From: Tubulanus polymorphus
Lineage: Eukaryota; Animalia; Nemertea
Length of the DNA: 64,000 bases
Reading direction: 5' to 3'
Assembly: GCF_964204645.1 (NCBI RefSeq)
Contig: NC_134026.1
Location: forward strand, 11,989,950 to 12,053,949
Of this stretch, positions 10,545-23,033 are shown piece by piece; the stretch's first letter is position 1, and each line of letters begins with the position of its first letter. A program made the translations under genes and the position numbers. The notes beneath the pieces are model-generated. The model saw nothing but the letters and a program-made list of their open reading frames with translations, ran no database searches and was not told where the DNA came from.

Positions 10545-11846
10545 ATGGAAGAGAAGATAGCATGTGAAATTTGTGGTGAACTTCTAAGAAAAAGTAATAT
10601 GGCTCGACATATGAAAAAACATAATGAAAATTATAAACCCCCTAAAATAAACTGCCCAAAATGTAATAAATTATTCTCAAGAAATTATGTTAAAAAACAT
10701 TCAGAGAAGTGTAGAATTAATGGTGCAACAGCTAATGTTGATAGTAATTCTGTTGAAGTTGAACCTGAAATTATTTGGAAAAGACCTTCCTTATTCTATG
10801 ATAAGGATAATATAAAAAATCATTTCTGCGAGCCTTGTCGAATGAAATACATCCCTGATAATAAAGAAGATTGGGAGAATCATCAATTTCGTAAAGCACA
10901 TATAGATAAAATTTCTAATAAATTTGAAACTGAATTCAATGAAAGAAAAAATAATTTATTAGAAAAAATAAAATATGAGAAAACGTTACCAGATAATGAA
11001 GAAACAGTTGAAAAGTTAGAAAAACAATATAATGAATTAACAAGAAAAACATATTATTGTAAATATTGTAAATTGATTATTACAACAAGTAATTCAAATC
11101 TACATAATAGAACAATAAAACATAAAGAAAACGTAAGAAAATACCAAGAGCTTAATGAAGATCTATTACCATTAAATTATAAACGAAAATGTCCACAATG
11201 TAGTTATGCGGCCTTAAGACAAGAAGGTACTGTGTTACTTTGTGTTGATTGTGGATGGCAAAAGAATTTATGGGATGAAGAAAAAACTAGAAATTTTCTT
11301 ATAGATCCAAAATTAAATTATCTTGATGAAATTTTTTAAATATTTTCTATAGAAGATCATACACCAGAATATATTCAATGGCTTAAAAAAATGAAAATAA
11401 TAGAAAATAAAAATGGTGAAATAACTAAAAAAGATATTATAAAAACAATTATTCCACCAACATTTAACACAAAAGAAAAGAAAATGTATTTATATTTATT
11501 ATTTAACGATTATTATGAAAAACCTAAATTAACAGAAGAAGATATGAAAAATATAAAAAAAATATTCAAACAAATATTAATGTATCATTTGGAAAATAGA
11601 ATAACAGATTCAATAAATTATGAATCCTTTTTAAATAAGATTGTAAATTATTTAAACCTAGATATTATAATTCCATTTGATGAATTAACAAACAAAAAGA
11701 AACAAAGAGAGCGAGATGAAATGTGGAACAAGATAGAACTTTATTTAAATGAGAAAAATGGAATGGAAGAAGAACCTGAACAATTAAATGAAAATGAAGA
11801 AGCCAATAGTGATTTCGAGTATGATGATATTGATTTTATGTTTTAA
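10545..11846 (+). pseudogene. Multi-zinc-finger protein (~433 codons) with one in-frame stop at 11337-11339
   Basis: C2H2 and U1-like fingers (CEICG...RHMKKH, YYCKYC...LHNRTIKH); copy B has AAG at this codon and its own stop elsewhere, so the two ORFs are one gene. Confidence 0.75.
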
Positions 11847-14800
11847 TGGCCATAAGGTAATGTTTTTATACCATCATCTAAAATATGCCTTTTATCATCA
11901 AATGGATTTAAACTAGTTTTTTCAACTTCATTAATGTACATCTCGTGATTTTCTGATCTTAAACAATTCATTTTATGTTTCATTACAATTGATTTATATA
12001 AACACTTTATATAATCTTGAAATTCTATATGTTTATCAACCACATGTTTTGTTATTCCTTTTAACTTTTTAGCTTCATGATCTTTTGTTCTATAACTATA
12101 CATTTTACTTCTTATCCCGACAAATTCAATCATTTCATCACCTCCTAATTCATCTTTAAACTTACCAGGAATCTTTTTATTATCATTACTAAACAATTCA
12201 TGATCTTTGGGGTAATTGCTAAAGTCGAAATAATGTTTCAATGTTTTTAAGTCTTTTGTTATATCATTTGTCTTGATTTTTAGTATGTAGGCGTCAGTAT
12301 CAAAATATAGAATTTCTATGTGTTTTTCCCCAAAATGGGGTTGTAATACATTATAATAAAATTCGTACATTAATAATTTTGAAACTTCTAAAACAGTTGA
12401 ACCTATAAATATTGGTTTATTAAATTTCATGGATGTTCTTTTTAATTTAACTGCTGTTAAATAATCCTCAAACCTTTTATTTCCTAGATGTCTAGGACTT
12501 GATTGTAGGTGTCTCAATCGTTCATAATTATTCACTAATTCAATGTCGTTTCTATTTCTAATATTTTCACATGTTTTTCCATAAAAACTATTGTTCATCA
12601 ATTTAAAAAAATCTTTTTCAAAATCTGTTTTTGATATTGTTCTCTGTTGAGTATTGAAATCTATATATTTTTCTAACCACTTCGATTGATTAAATTCAAT
12701 ATATCTATGTACTTTCTTTAATTTCATTCCTTGTTTTAGATAAAATTTTAACATTCTATAATGAACAATATAATTATATTTATTATTTTGAGTAAGTATT
12801 AATTTTTCTGTAAAAACATGATGTTTCGGTTTTATTTTCTTCTGGTATTCACTTAAATAACTATCATCTACAGTTAAATGTTCTGGGCAATAAGGTAAGT
12901 TTCTTGTTTTAAACTTTATATTTTCAGGATATTCTAAATCAACTACAAAGAAATAACCAATTGGTGCTTCGTCTTTTAAACTAATAATTGCGCTTTCCCA
13001 ATCAGTTTTATCATCATTTTCAACTTCTGTTAATATAAAATTTTTATATGGTTGAGGTTGCATCATTGCCCAACCATATAAATTATTGGCGTCAATATAT
13101 AATAATTTATATTCATCATTTGCTTTAAAATACCTATCTCCCATAACACCACTAATTCCACCTCTAATTGATTTTTCAAATAATAAAACCATATCTGGTT
13201 CTTTTAATAAATCTAATTCTACATTTGTATATTTTAAACCACATTGCCAGGTTAAACCAGGACTAGAGTAGCAATAACAAGGATCAACATTAAAATGATT
13301 CAAATTAACTTCTCTAAATTTTTCAAATATGTCAGCCAATATCATAACATCTGATTTTAAATATAAATCAACTAATTCACCATGATTCTTCATCTTAAAA
13401 TGGTTCCAAATATTTAATGTTCTATTAAACACTTCATCTTTCACATACTCCTCTTTTAATTTATCATAAAATTGATCTTTTAATAATTCTGTTACATTAA
13501 AATCATCATGTGTTTTATAAAATGAATAAGGAATTGCGCCTTTATATCTCAATAATTTAAAATCTTGGTCATTTGGATAATAATATCGAGTTATAATAAA
13601 ATCATTATCAACTAAACTTTTTGATAAATTATCTAATGAACTATTTAAAAATCTATATGAATCTATAAATCTAATGTAACCAAATTGAAATGAAATATAA
13701 TTTTCAGATGTTTTAGCTAATAGTTTAAAATCATATTTTCTTACATTTACACCATTCATAGCATTATATTCTTCTATTTCTTGATTAATTGCACCCAATT
13801 TCTTTGATAATTGTTTTATAAATAGATGGGTATCATACCCCGATAAATTGTGAAATATAATGGGGACAAAATTTACTTTTTTGGCTTGTAAATTGCAAGC
13901 CTCATGCGCAGCGCCTCTAAACTTTCCATTCAAATGATCATGGTCTCTTACTTTTTTATCTTTATAATTAAATATCTTTTCACAATAATAACATTTATCT
14001 GTAAACTCAAATACTTCTTTATCTTCTTCTGTCATAATTATTCTTTTATTTTTGTTTAATAATTTTGCAAAATCACTTTCTAATTCAATCATTTTATCAC
14101 AAAAATCATTAACTACATTTTCACCTCTAAAAGAAATATATTGACTTTCATATAATTCGGGATAATTTGATTTTATATAAATTCCATAAGCAGCAGCTCT
14201 TTGATGAACTTTTTTAATTGTATTTATAATTGGTGGGTCTTGTATTATGTCTTCATTTAATTCACTTCCTTTATCCATTGATTTTAATAATTGCTTTTTG
14301 TTATATATTTCTTTTCTATCTTGATCAGTTAATTCTTTATTCAATGATTCAAAATCCCCATAAATTACAAATGGAACAATATTTTTAAATTTATGATTAG
14401 TAAATTTCAATTTATAATCTTTTTCTGTTGGCATTATTAATTTACAAAAATCTTTATTATCACATAATTCTTTATGTTTTAATAATGTATTCTCTCAGTC
14501 ATAAATTTAGATAAACATTTTCTACATAGATAAATTTTATTATGATGATCACTTTCTGTTCTAAAGAATAAATCAATTTGTTTTAACCACATATAATGTT
14601 CATTTTCATCTTTTTTGTAATATAACAAATCTATAGCATTTTCATCATCATAATATTCTGTTAAATATAAAGCTTCCAATGTATAATCTTTAATATTTTC
14701 ACCTTTTGTCTTTGGTAATTGCATTAATTCGAATACATTTATTTTTAAATTATTAACTTTTTCTATTTTAGGAATCATTTTTATAGTTACTGGATATTGA

Positions 14801-15843
14801 TCAATTTTATATAATGTTTCATATTTCCGATAATCTGTTATTCTATAAACATGTTCTTCTGTTGGATGTAAGCAACTAATAATTGACCATAGAAAACATT
14901 TATTATCTTCATTTTGAATATTTATTACTGCTTTTGTTATAAATGGTAATTTGATATAACTTGATGCTTTCATATCTTTTTCTGTTATAAAGTTTGAATC
15001 ATTTTTAAACATTTTATTACTTTTTGATGTTTTATTTCTTTTTGTATTATAAACATTTAAATCTAAATATATAATTTCATTCAATGTTAAGCCAGAACCC
15101 TCAAAATATCTTTCTTCAATATGACGTTTAAATTCATTTAATATTTTTTCTAACTTCTCTTTTATTTGTGTTTTTGAAATTATTTCTTCAGAGTGTGTTT
15201 GAATATTATAATCCATTTTTTCTTCTGACTTTATAAAACTTACTTTCCCAGAGATACTAATTTTTGGATATTCAACATCTGTTATCAAATCTAGTATTTT
15301 TTCTATTATTTCATTAAATTTACTATAATCTTCTATTGTTGTACCTTTAAAGAATCTAAATATAATAGCTGCAGGGCCAATTTTACTATGTTATGTTTCT
15401 AAGATTTCAATTGTATCTTTTATTTCTAGTGAATCAATATAATTTCTAACATTTTCCATGTAAGGTTTATTTGAAATGGATTTTGTTTTTGAAGTTGATT
15501 CTTTTACTTGTTGAGGTTTATTATCAAAATATTCTAATCCTAAAACATTTTTATTTAAATTTTTATAATGTTTTTGTGATTCGAGATGTCTATTATAATT
15601 CCTTTTTACTATAAATCCATTACAAACTTCACATTTTATTTCATCCACATTCATATTTTCTAATCGTTCTTTTCTTTCATTAGAATTTTCTGGAGTTTCA
15701 AAATCTATTACATTTTTTATATGATTTGCAGTTTTTTCATGTCGTGTTTTATTAGATGTATCGATGTATTTTTTACAATATTGACAATAATATTGATTTT
15801 TATTGACATTATTGTTTTCTAGTTGGTGTTCATTCTCCCCCAT
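11843..15843 (-). pseudogene. POLB: Protein-primed DNA polymerase B with N-terminal zinc fingers and endonuclease VII-like insert; stop at 15391, frameshift near 14490; intein-free
   Basis: ExoI YGDFES, ExoII FHNLSGYD, pol A YIDANNLYG, pol B KLMNNSFYGKT, pol C YFDTDA, KxY RSKMY; CYYC...VRDHDH...GAAH..CNL insert. Confidence 0.95.
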
Positions 15844-15928
15844 TTATTAGGGAAAAAAATTACTTGTGGTGATGAGTGGTGTCTCGTCCTCTCGTCCTCT
15901 GGCCTGAAAGCCTACTTTTCTAATTACT
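15839..15928 (-). repeat. Right TIR of copy A (~90 bp)
   Basis: Reverse complement reads AGTAATTAGAAAAGTAGGCTTTCAGGCC-AGAGGACG-AGAGGACG-AGACACCACTCATCACC...; homologous to the left end at 63087. Confidence 0.88.
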
Positions 15929-15966
15929 GCAACTAAATATGTAATAGATTAACAAACCTGTTGAAT

Positions 15967-16574
15967 TTAAATAAATTCATATTTAAATGGGTGTTGTAAT
16001 CTAAATAGTAATTTTGATCTTTTATTATTTTTCAATTTATCCATATATTCATTATGTAAATCATGCGGAATAATATCATTTTCCTCAAGTGCATTTTTCA
16101 TCGATTTTCTATCTTTATTGTAGAATAAAACTAAAAATCTAATGTTTTCTCTAAAATCTTTAACAATTGAATTATATTTTTGATTTAAAACCCATGTTGT
16201 TATCCCAAAATGTCTACCAGAAAAAGCTAAATAACATAACTCACTCTCTCTAATTTTTGAATCATGTAAATTTGCACAATCATCTATAATGAATAATGTA
16301 TTTGATCCTTTATAAATATCTATTGCTATTTTAATACAATTATCTAAATTTTCTTTTACTGTTTTAGGATCTAATATAATAATTTATTATTTCTAGTAAT
16401 ATTTCTATCATAAGGTTGATTAAATTCATATGTTGGACAAAATAATACTATATTATCAAAATAGTTTTTATAAACAGTTTCTAATAAATTTAATATAAAA
16501 TAAGTTTTTCCACAATTTGTTACGCCAGAAATTAACATATTATGAGGCTCAAATATAAATAATTCCTTATTCAT
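15967..16574 (-). pseudogene. ATP: Packaging ATPase, frameshifted
   Basis: Near-identical to 2423-3031 with indels near 16380 and 16255. Confidence 0.9.
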
Positions 16575-17700
16575 TTATATATTTTTAATTTTACTTGATA
16601 ATATCCATTCATTGAATTTATCTGGCCATCCAACCCATTTTACTAAAGAATATTTTTTTCTTTTAATAGTTTTTGTTTTTAATACTTTTTCAATTTTATA
16701 TTCTTGTTCTAGATTTTCAGTAGTTAAACTCGATTCTTCTTCATATAAATACCCATCAACTTCTTCACCATCTAAATCTTCTAATTTATAGACATATGGT
16801 TTTGTTGTTATTACTTTTTTTATTTGATATATTTCTCTAGTAAAATTACGATCGTAACCTTTATCAAATATCTTTTTATATTTAGAAATTCTAACGTGTT
16901 GTCCTATTTTAAATCTAGGTTCACCAAAATCATCTACAAGAAATGCTCCATATAAATTATTCCAAGCAATTTCAGCATTTTCAGGTTTTCTAGCATCAAT
17001 AGGTTTCATTCCAATAGAAGAATGATAAGAATTATTATATCCTTCTATCAATTTTGGTAAAACATCAATCCATTTAAAAGTATTATTTGCTGTAAAATAT
17101 TTCCACATTCTTGTTCTTAATGTTCTATTAAATCGTTCAACAACTGCTGCTTTTTTATCCGATTTTGTTGAAAAATATTTAATATTATGATTGTCTAAGA
17201 GTTCATGAACAAGTGAATTATCAAATTCTTTTCCATCATCAAATTGTATTTTTTCTGGTTTTAGTTTATCATCCGAAAGAAATTTTCTTAAAACATGTGA
17301 TGTTTGTGCAGCATCTTTTCTATAAAGTGGGAAACTCCATACATAACGACTAAAAATATCAATTATATTCAATATCCACCAATAATCATAATTATCTTTC
17401 TTAACATTTTTCATATTTATTAAATCTTGCCACTGTTGATCCACATAACTTACCATAGTTTTACGAGTTTTATATTTTCTAACAATTTTTTTATGCGATG
17501 TATATGTTGGTTGTTCTAACATAAATACATTTATATCTTTATATTTAACTAAATTTTGTGGGATTATCTTATCTAATTTATCTTGTTTTACTTGACGCCA
17601 TATATTTTTGGTAGAAGAATAAGCAACCGAACTCTCGGGGTTGTAATATAAATTCCTTAAATATTGTTCTTTAGTATTAGGAGTTTTTTTTACCACCCAT
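16575..17700 (-). pseudogene. INT: Integrase with chromodomain; frameshift just after the ATG, remainder open
   Basis: ORF 16575-17696 has DDE and chromodomain motifs; the true ATAAATG start at 17700 is out of frame by one A. Confidence 0.9.
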
Positions 17701-17730
17701 TTATATATCGTTAATTTTAACTTTATATTT

Positions 17731-19279
17731 CTAATATTGAATACTATCTAATTGTGAATTTGCAATATTTAATTGTGCGTCAGATATAATATGAATGTGC
17801 TTTTTAAAATTTAAGCTTCCTTTTTTCTTTTTCATGAATAATTGTATTCCATCTTTAGTGTTCTGTAGTTTTTCCCAGAACCATGTAATGAATTATCCTC
17901 TGTTGTTCTAAAATCTAACCATAATGCATATTTATTACCGGCATAATAATCAATTTGATTAATATTACAATTTTCAGATGATTTTACTTTTTCATTCATA
18001 AAATGTTTTCTAATTTCTGGCCATTGATCAATCATTCTCATTCCTTGACAAAATATTTTATTTGCTATTCCTTCGATAGTTATTTCTACTTTTGTTATTT
18101 CAGGATTATGATAATTATCTACCTTTATTGCGCCATTAGAATATGTTGCAATAGTAAGAAATATTAATATGCCTTTAATAGATCTTCTTGGGGAGTTAAT
18201 ATTCTCATTAATTATTTCATCATTTGAATTAATAGTTACAGTTTTAAATTTATCAATATAATCATATAATAATGAAAATCCTTGATTGTATTGAGTTTGA
18301 ATTATACTTGAAATATTTTCATCAGTTACTGTATCATATTCTAAACATATATTCGATAATTTATATCCCATATCTTTAACAACGTTAGATAATACAATTT
18401 CATTTACAGGAGCAAATGTTATTTCGAATATAATATCTTCTTGAATTGCGTATTTATATAAAGGTGCATTATTATTTATCAATTCAAAGTCTAATGGAAT
18501 TTTATATTTGCTTCCATATATACTTTTTATCAATTTATCTACAGCATTAGTTAATATTGCGCTATTAGCTTCTGATCTTAATTTATTTTGGTTTTCTGAT
18601 TGGATGCCTTGAAATATCATATTATTTCTATTTTCTTTAGTTAACCATAAATCTTTATAATGCATAAATAAATTATAATCATCTTATGAGAAAACTGTTT
18701 CTGGACCAATCTTTATTGTTAACTTTTTAATATAATATCTTCTTGAACTACATATTTATATAAAGGTGCATTATTATTTATCAATTCAAAGTCTAATGGA
18801 ATTTTAGATCTGCTTCCATAAATCTTTTTAATCAAATTATCTACATCATTAGCTACTACTGCATTATTGGCTTCAGATCTTAATTTATTTTGGTTTTCTG
18901 ATTGGATTCCTTGAAATATCATATTATTTCTATTTTCTTTAGTTAACCATAAATCTTTATAATGCATAAATAAATTATAATCATCTAATGAGAAAACTAT
19001 TTCTAGACCGATCTTTATAGTTAATTTTTTAATAAAATATCTTCCAACATTATCGACAACATAATTATTATTATTACCGGTTACTTTTATATCAGCTGAT
19101 AAATAAATACTATTTGGAACATAAAAAGTATTTTGTGTTAACCGAGGAATTCTAACATATAAAGTTTCATCGGGATTAATATTAGAAGGATTATGAGTAA
19201 TTATATGATGTGATCTTTCTGCTTTAATAGCATTAGATATTCTATGATTCTTGGAAGGATTGATATAACTCCCACTCAT
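17731..19279 (-). pseudogene. PY: Major capsid protein with ~300 bp internal duplication and frameshifts
   Basis: Codons ~83-183 occur twice (about 18730-19030 and 18430-18730). Confidence 0.85.
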
Positions 19280-19299
19280 TTATTTAACAAAAAAGTTAA

Positions 19300-20735
19300 T
19301 TATTTATTTTTGATTATGTTTACTAACCCAAAAATAATAGCACTTACAACTGTAATTAAAAATAAAATAATATCTTCAGCAGCAAAGTTAATAATGTTCC
19401 CAGCAGATTTCAATATAAAACCAACAATTGATGCAATAATTCCTGGTAAAGCTGCAGCAGATTTTTTAGATAGTTCCCATAAATATTTTACTAATTTTTT
19501 TAAACCATCCTTAACTTTATCTTGTATAGAATTATTATCATTCGGGGGTTTATCCGGTTTATTGGGTGTAGGTGTAGATTTTAAAGCATTTGATATTGCT
19601 AAACCTATTGTTGTAAATACCATAGTTACAGCTGTTAGAATTGAAAGAATTGTTATTCCTTCTAATTTAAATAATCATTTTATTCTATCTTTCAATGATA
19701 TTTCAGAATTTGGTTTTATCAACAAATCTTTGAAAATAACTTTCAATCTATTACTATTATAATCATATGATTTTAATGATAATTTAATTTCTTCTTTCTG
19801 TAATTCTGTTATGTTATATTTTAAATCATCTTTTTGTTTTTCTAAACGTAATTCTTTTGCCTATATTCTATTTCATCAATTACTTGATGATCTAAATCAG
19901 ACTTTAATTGTTCTATTTCTTTATTTTTTCAGTTAATTCTTTTTCTAAAAATCTAATTTTAATATCTCTTATACTTTTATCATGCGCAATTTTATCAGCT
20001 TCCTTTCGTATACTAAAAATTTCTCTAATTGCTTCATCAGAAAATATATTTAAATCTTCTAATTCTTGATCTGTTGCATCAAGTAACCCATTTTCTAAAA
20101 GTTTTTCAGTTTGAACTTCGGTTGATTTAAGTTTACTAGTTTTGGAATTAATAACTTCTTTAGGAATTGTTTCTGGTTCTAAATTTTCATTAATTATCTT
20201 CAAAAAATCATCATTTCTTCGAATAAATTCTTTTCTATTTAGAGTTATCTCTTCTTCTGTAACATCAGTTATAACATCATTATTGATTTTCTTAATTCTA
20301 GATTGTTCTAATTTAATTAAAGTTGGTTTTGTTATTATTTTATCGCGACTTTTATTAGAAGAAATCTTAAAATAATAGTCATCTTTCAAATGCCAATAAT
20401 AATCACCATTTAAATATTTCAAATCTTTCAGTAAATAATTCACACCTTTATCTGTTATTTTGAATCCAGATTTTTTTAATATTGGTTTGAATTTATCAGT
20501 TAAATTGTCATATTAATTCTTTTTTTAATAAATCTGGATTTTCATTTTCAATGTCCAATCTTGAACGTGCTTTACTAACATATTCATTAGTATCAGGTCT
20601 TGCTAAATTAGAATTATATACCGTTTCATTATCGTTACTGAAGTTTGTATCATTAAATTTAGGTGGTTGTTCTTCAGTTATACCGGGTTCATCAAAAGTA
20701 TCCATTCCAATATTTTCTCCACCTTCTACATCCAT
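19300..20735 (-). pseudogene. Acidic/coiled-coil/TM protein, fragmented
   Basis: Homologous to 5459-6879; ORF pieces 20508-20735, 19913-20443, 19300-19623. Confidence 0.75.
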
Positions 20736-20751
20736 TTATATAATAAAAAAA

Positions 20752-20965
20752 TTAAAATTAGAAATATAATATTCCTCCTATAACAATTCCTACACAAGTT
20801 AAAGCTAATTTAGTATTTTCATGGGATTTATTATCATTATCAGTTTTAATTATATCATGTTGAATATTATCAGTTTTTATATTTTCTGTAGTGTTGTAAT
20901 ATTTTGTTTTAGAATCATTATTTAATTTAATATTCTTAGTTTTAGTTTCTGTTGATTGAATATGT
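20752..20965 (-). pseudogene. 3' remnant of the 435-aa TM protein gene
   Basis: Matches A 6896-7108, then abuts penton sequence at a deletion junction. Confidence 0.75.
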
Positions 20966-21640
20966 GGAATACAAGGTTTAAAATCACATTCTGTTAAATT
21001 ATAATTTATTTGCGTTCCAAATTGTTTAACATTTTTAATGGTAAAACATTTAATATACTAGAATTACAAGTTATATCTTTAGTTGCTTCAAATGTCTTTG
21101 TAGGATCAATTAAATTGCAATAAATATAAAAGTGTGTAAAAGGCATTAAATTTGATCTACCTTCTATGTTTGCTCTAACAATCATTTTATCTGGAGGAAT
21201 TCCTAACAGTTTAGCTAAGGGTTTTTAACCACGAAAGCAAATTTTTTTATACCTAAATCATTTTTAATTTCGTCATTTAACTTTATTTTAATTTTATTAG
21301 AACTCTCACTTTTTATGAATTTAATATTAAATTTGGAATCACCTCTAATTTGTATTCGTACTTTTCTATTAATTTCTTGAGCTAATGTTTCTAAATTATA
21401 TAATCCTGGTGTTAGCATAAGTTGAACCCATTTATGATTATTTTTACTAAAAATTAAAAAGACTATGTTCATCAGTTTTATCTGATACATTATAAAAAGA
21501 GTTACATAAACTTATATTTACTAATTTCAAATCTACACAATTCTTAAATTCTCATCTAATTGTACTAATAAATTATGTGATTTATAATTTGTAAGTCTTC
21601 TTGAATCAACAAATATTCTGTATTCTTTTAATTCACCCAT
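20966..21640 (-). pseudogene. PX: Penton, frameshifted and 3'-truncated
   Basis: PGLYNLETLAQEINRK; matches A 9823-10475. Confidence 0.8.
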
Positions 21641-21708
21641 TATTTATAACACAAAAAAATTACCGCTCATCACTAAAAATTAATTTTAATAAAATTTTTC
21701 CTTAATAA

Positions 21709-23033
21709 ATGGATGAGAAGATAGGATGTGAAATTTGTGGTGAACTTATCAGAAAAAGTAATATGGCTCGACATATGAAAAAACAGGATGAAAATTATAA
21801 ACCCCCTCAACTAAACTGCCCAAATTGTAATAAATTATTCTCAAGAAATTATGTTAAAAAACATTCAGAGAAGTGTAAAATTAATGAGGCAACGGCTAAT
21901 GTTGATAGTAATGAAAGTAATAGTAATTCTATGGAAGTTGAACCTGAAATTATTTGGAAAAGACCTTTCTTATTCTATGATAAGGATAATATAAAAGATC
22001 ATTTCTGTGAGCCTTGTAGAGTAAAATATAACCCTGAAAATATAGAAGATTGGGAGAATCATCAATTTCGTAAAGTACATATAGATAAAATTTCTAATAA
22101 ATTTGAAACAGAATTCAATGAACGAAAAAATAAAATATTAGAAAAAATGAAATATGAGAAAACGTTACCAGATAATAAAGAAACAGTTGAAAAGTTAGAA
22201 AAACAATATAACGAATTAACAAGAAAAATATATTATTGTAAATATTGTAAATTGATTATTACAACAAGTTATTCAAATCTACATAATAGAACAATAAAAC
22301 ATAAAGAAAACGTAAGAAAATACCAAGAGCTTAATGAAGATCTATTACTAAGAAATGATAGACAAAAATGCCCAAAATGTATTTATGAGTACTTAAGACA
22401 AGAAGGTCCTGTGATATTTTGTAATGAATGTGGATGGCAAAAAAATTTATGGAGTGATGAAAAAACTAGAGATATTCTTATAGAACCAAAATTAAAATAG
22501 CTAGATGAAATATTTAAGATATTTTCTATGGAAGATCATACACCAGAATATAAGCAATGGCTTGAAAAAATGAAAATAATAGAAAATAAAAATGGTGAAA
22601 TAACTAAAAAAGATATAATAAAAACAATTATTCCATCAACATTTAACACACAAGAAAAGAAAATGTATTTATATTTATTATTTAATGATTATTATAAAAA
22701 ACCTAAATTAACAGAAGAAGATATGGAAAATATAAAAGACACATTCAAACAAATATTGAGATATTATGTGGATAATAGAATAACAGATTCAATTAATTAT
22801 GAATTCTTTTAAAATAAGATTGTAAATTATTTAAACATCGATATTATAATTCCATTTGATGAATTAACGAACAAAAAGAAACAAAGAGAGCGAGATGAAA
22901 TGTGGTACAAGAAATAACTTTATTTAAATGAGAAAAATGAAATGGAAGAACCTAAACAAATTATACGAGAACAATTAAATGAAAAAGAAGAAACCAACAG
23001 TGATTTCGAGTTTGATGATATTGATCCATTTTA
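21709..23033 (+). pseudogene. Multi-zinc-finger protein with stops and frameshift
   Basis: Homolog of 10545-11846. Confidence 0.78.

Larger units (their letters stand above)
1..15928. mobile_element. Polinton/Maverick (adintovirus-like, endonuclease-VII-type pPolB) copy A, nearly complete; outer ~50 bp of the left TIR lies upstream of the window
   Basis: pPolB, integrase, packaging ATPase, MCP and penton ORFs bracketed by inverted repeats (1-37 is the reverse complement of 15839-15875); right end reads ...CTTTTCTAATTACT at 15928 (AG...CT termini typical of Polintons). Confidence 0.95.

Noticed and set aside
11337-11339. Stop-codon readthrough or alternative genetic code
   Set aside because: In-frame stops align with different sense codons (Lys, Trp, Leu, Glu, Tyr) in sister copies, as expected for random nonsense mutations.
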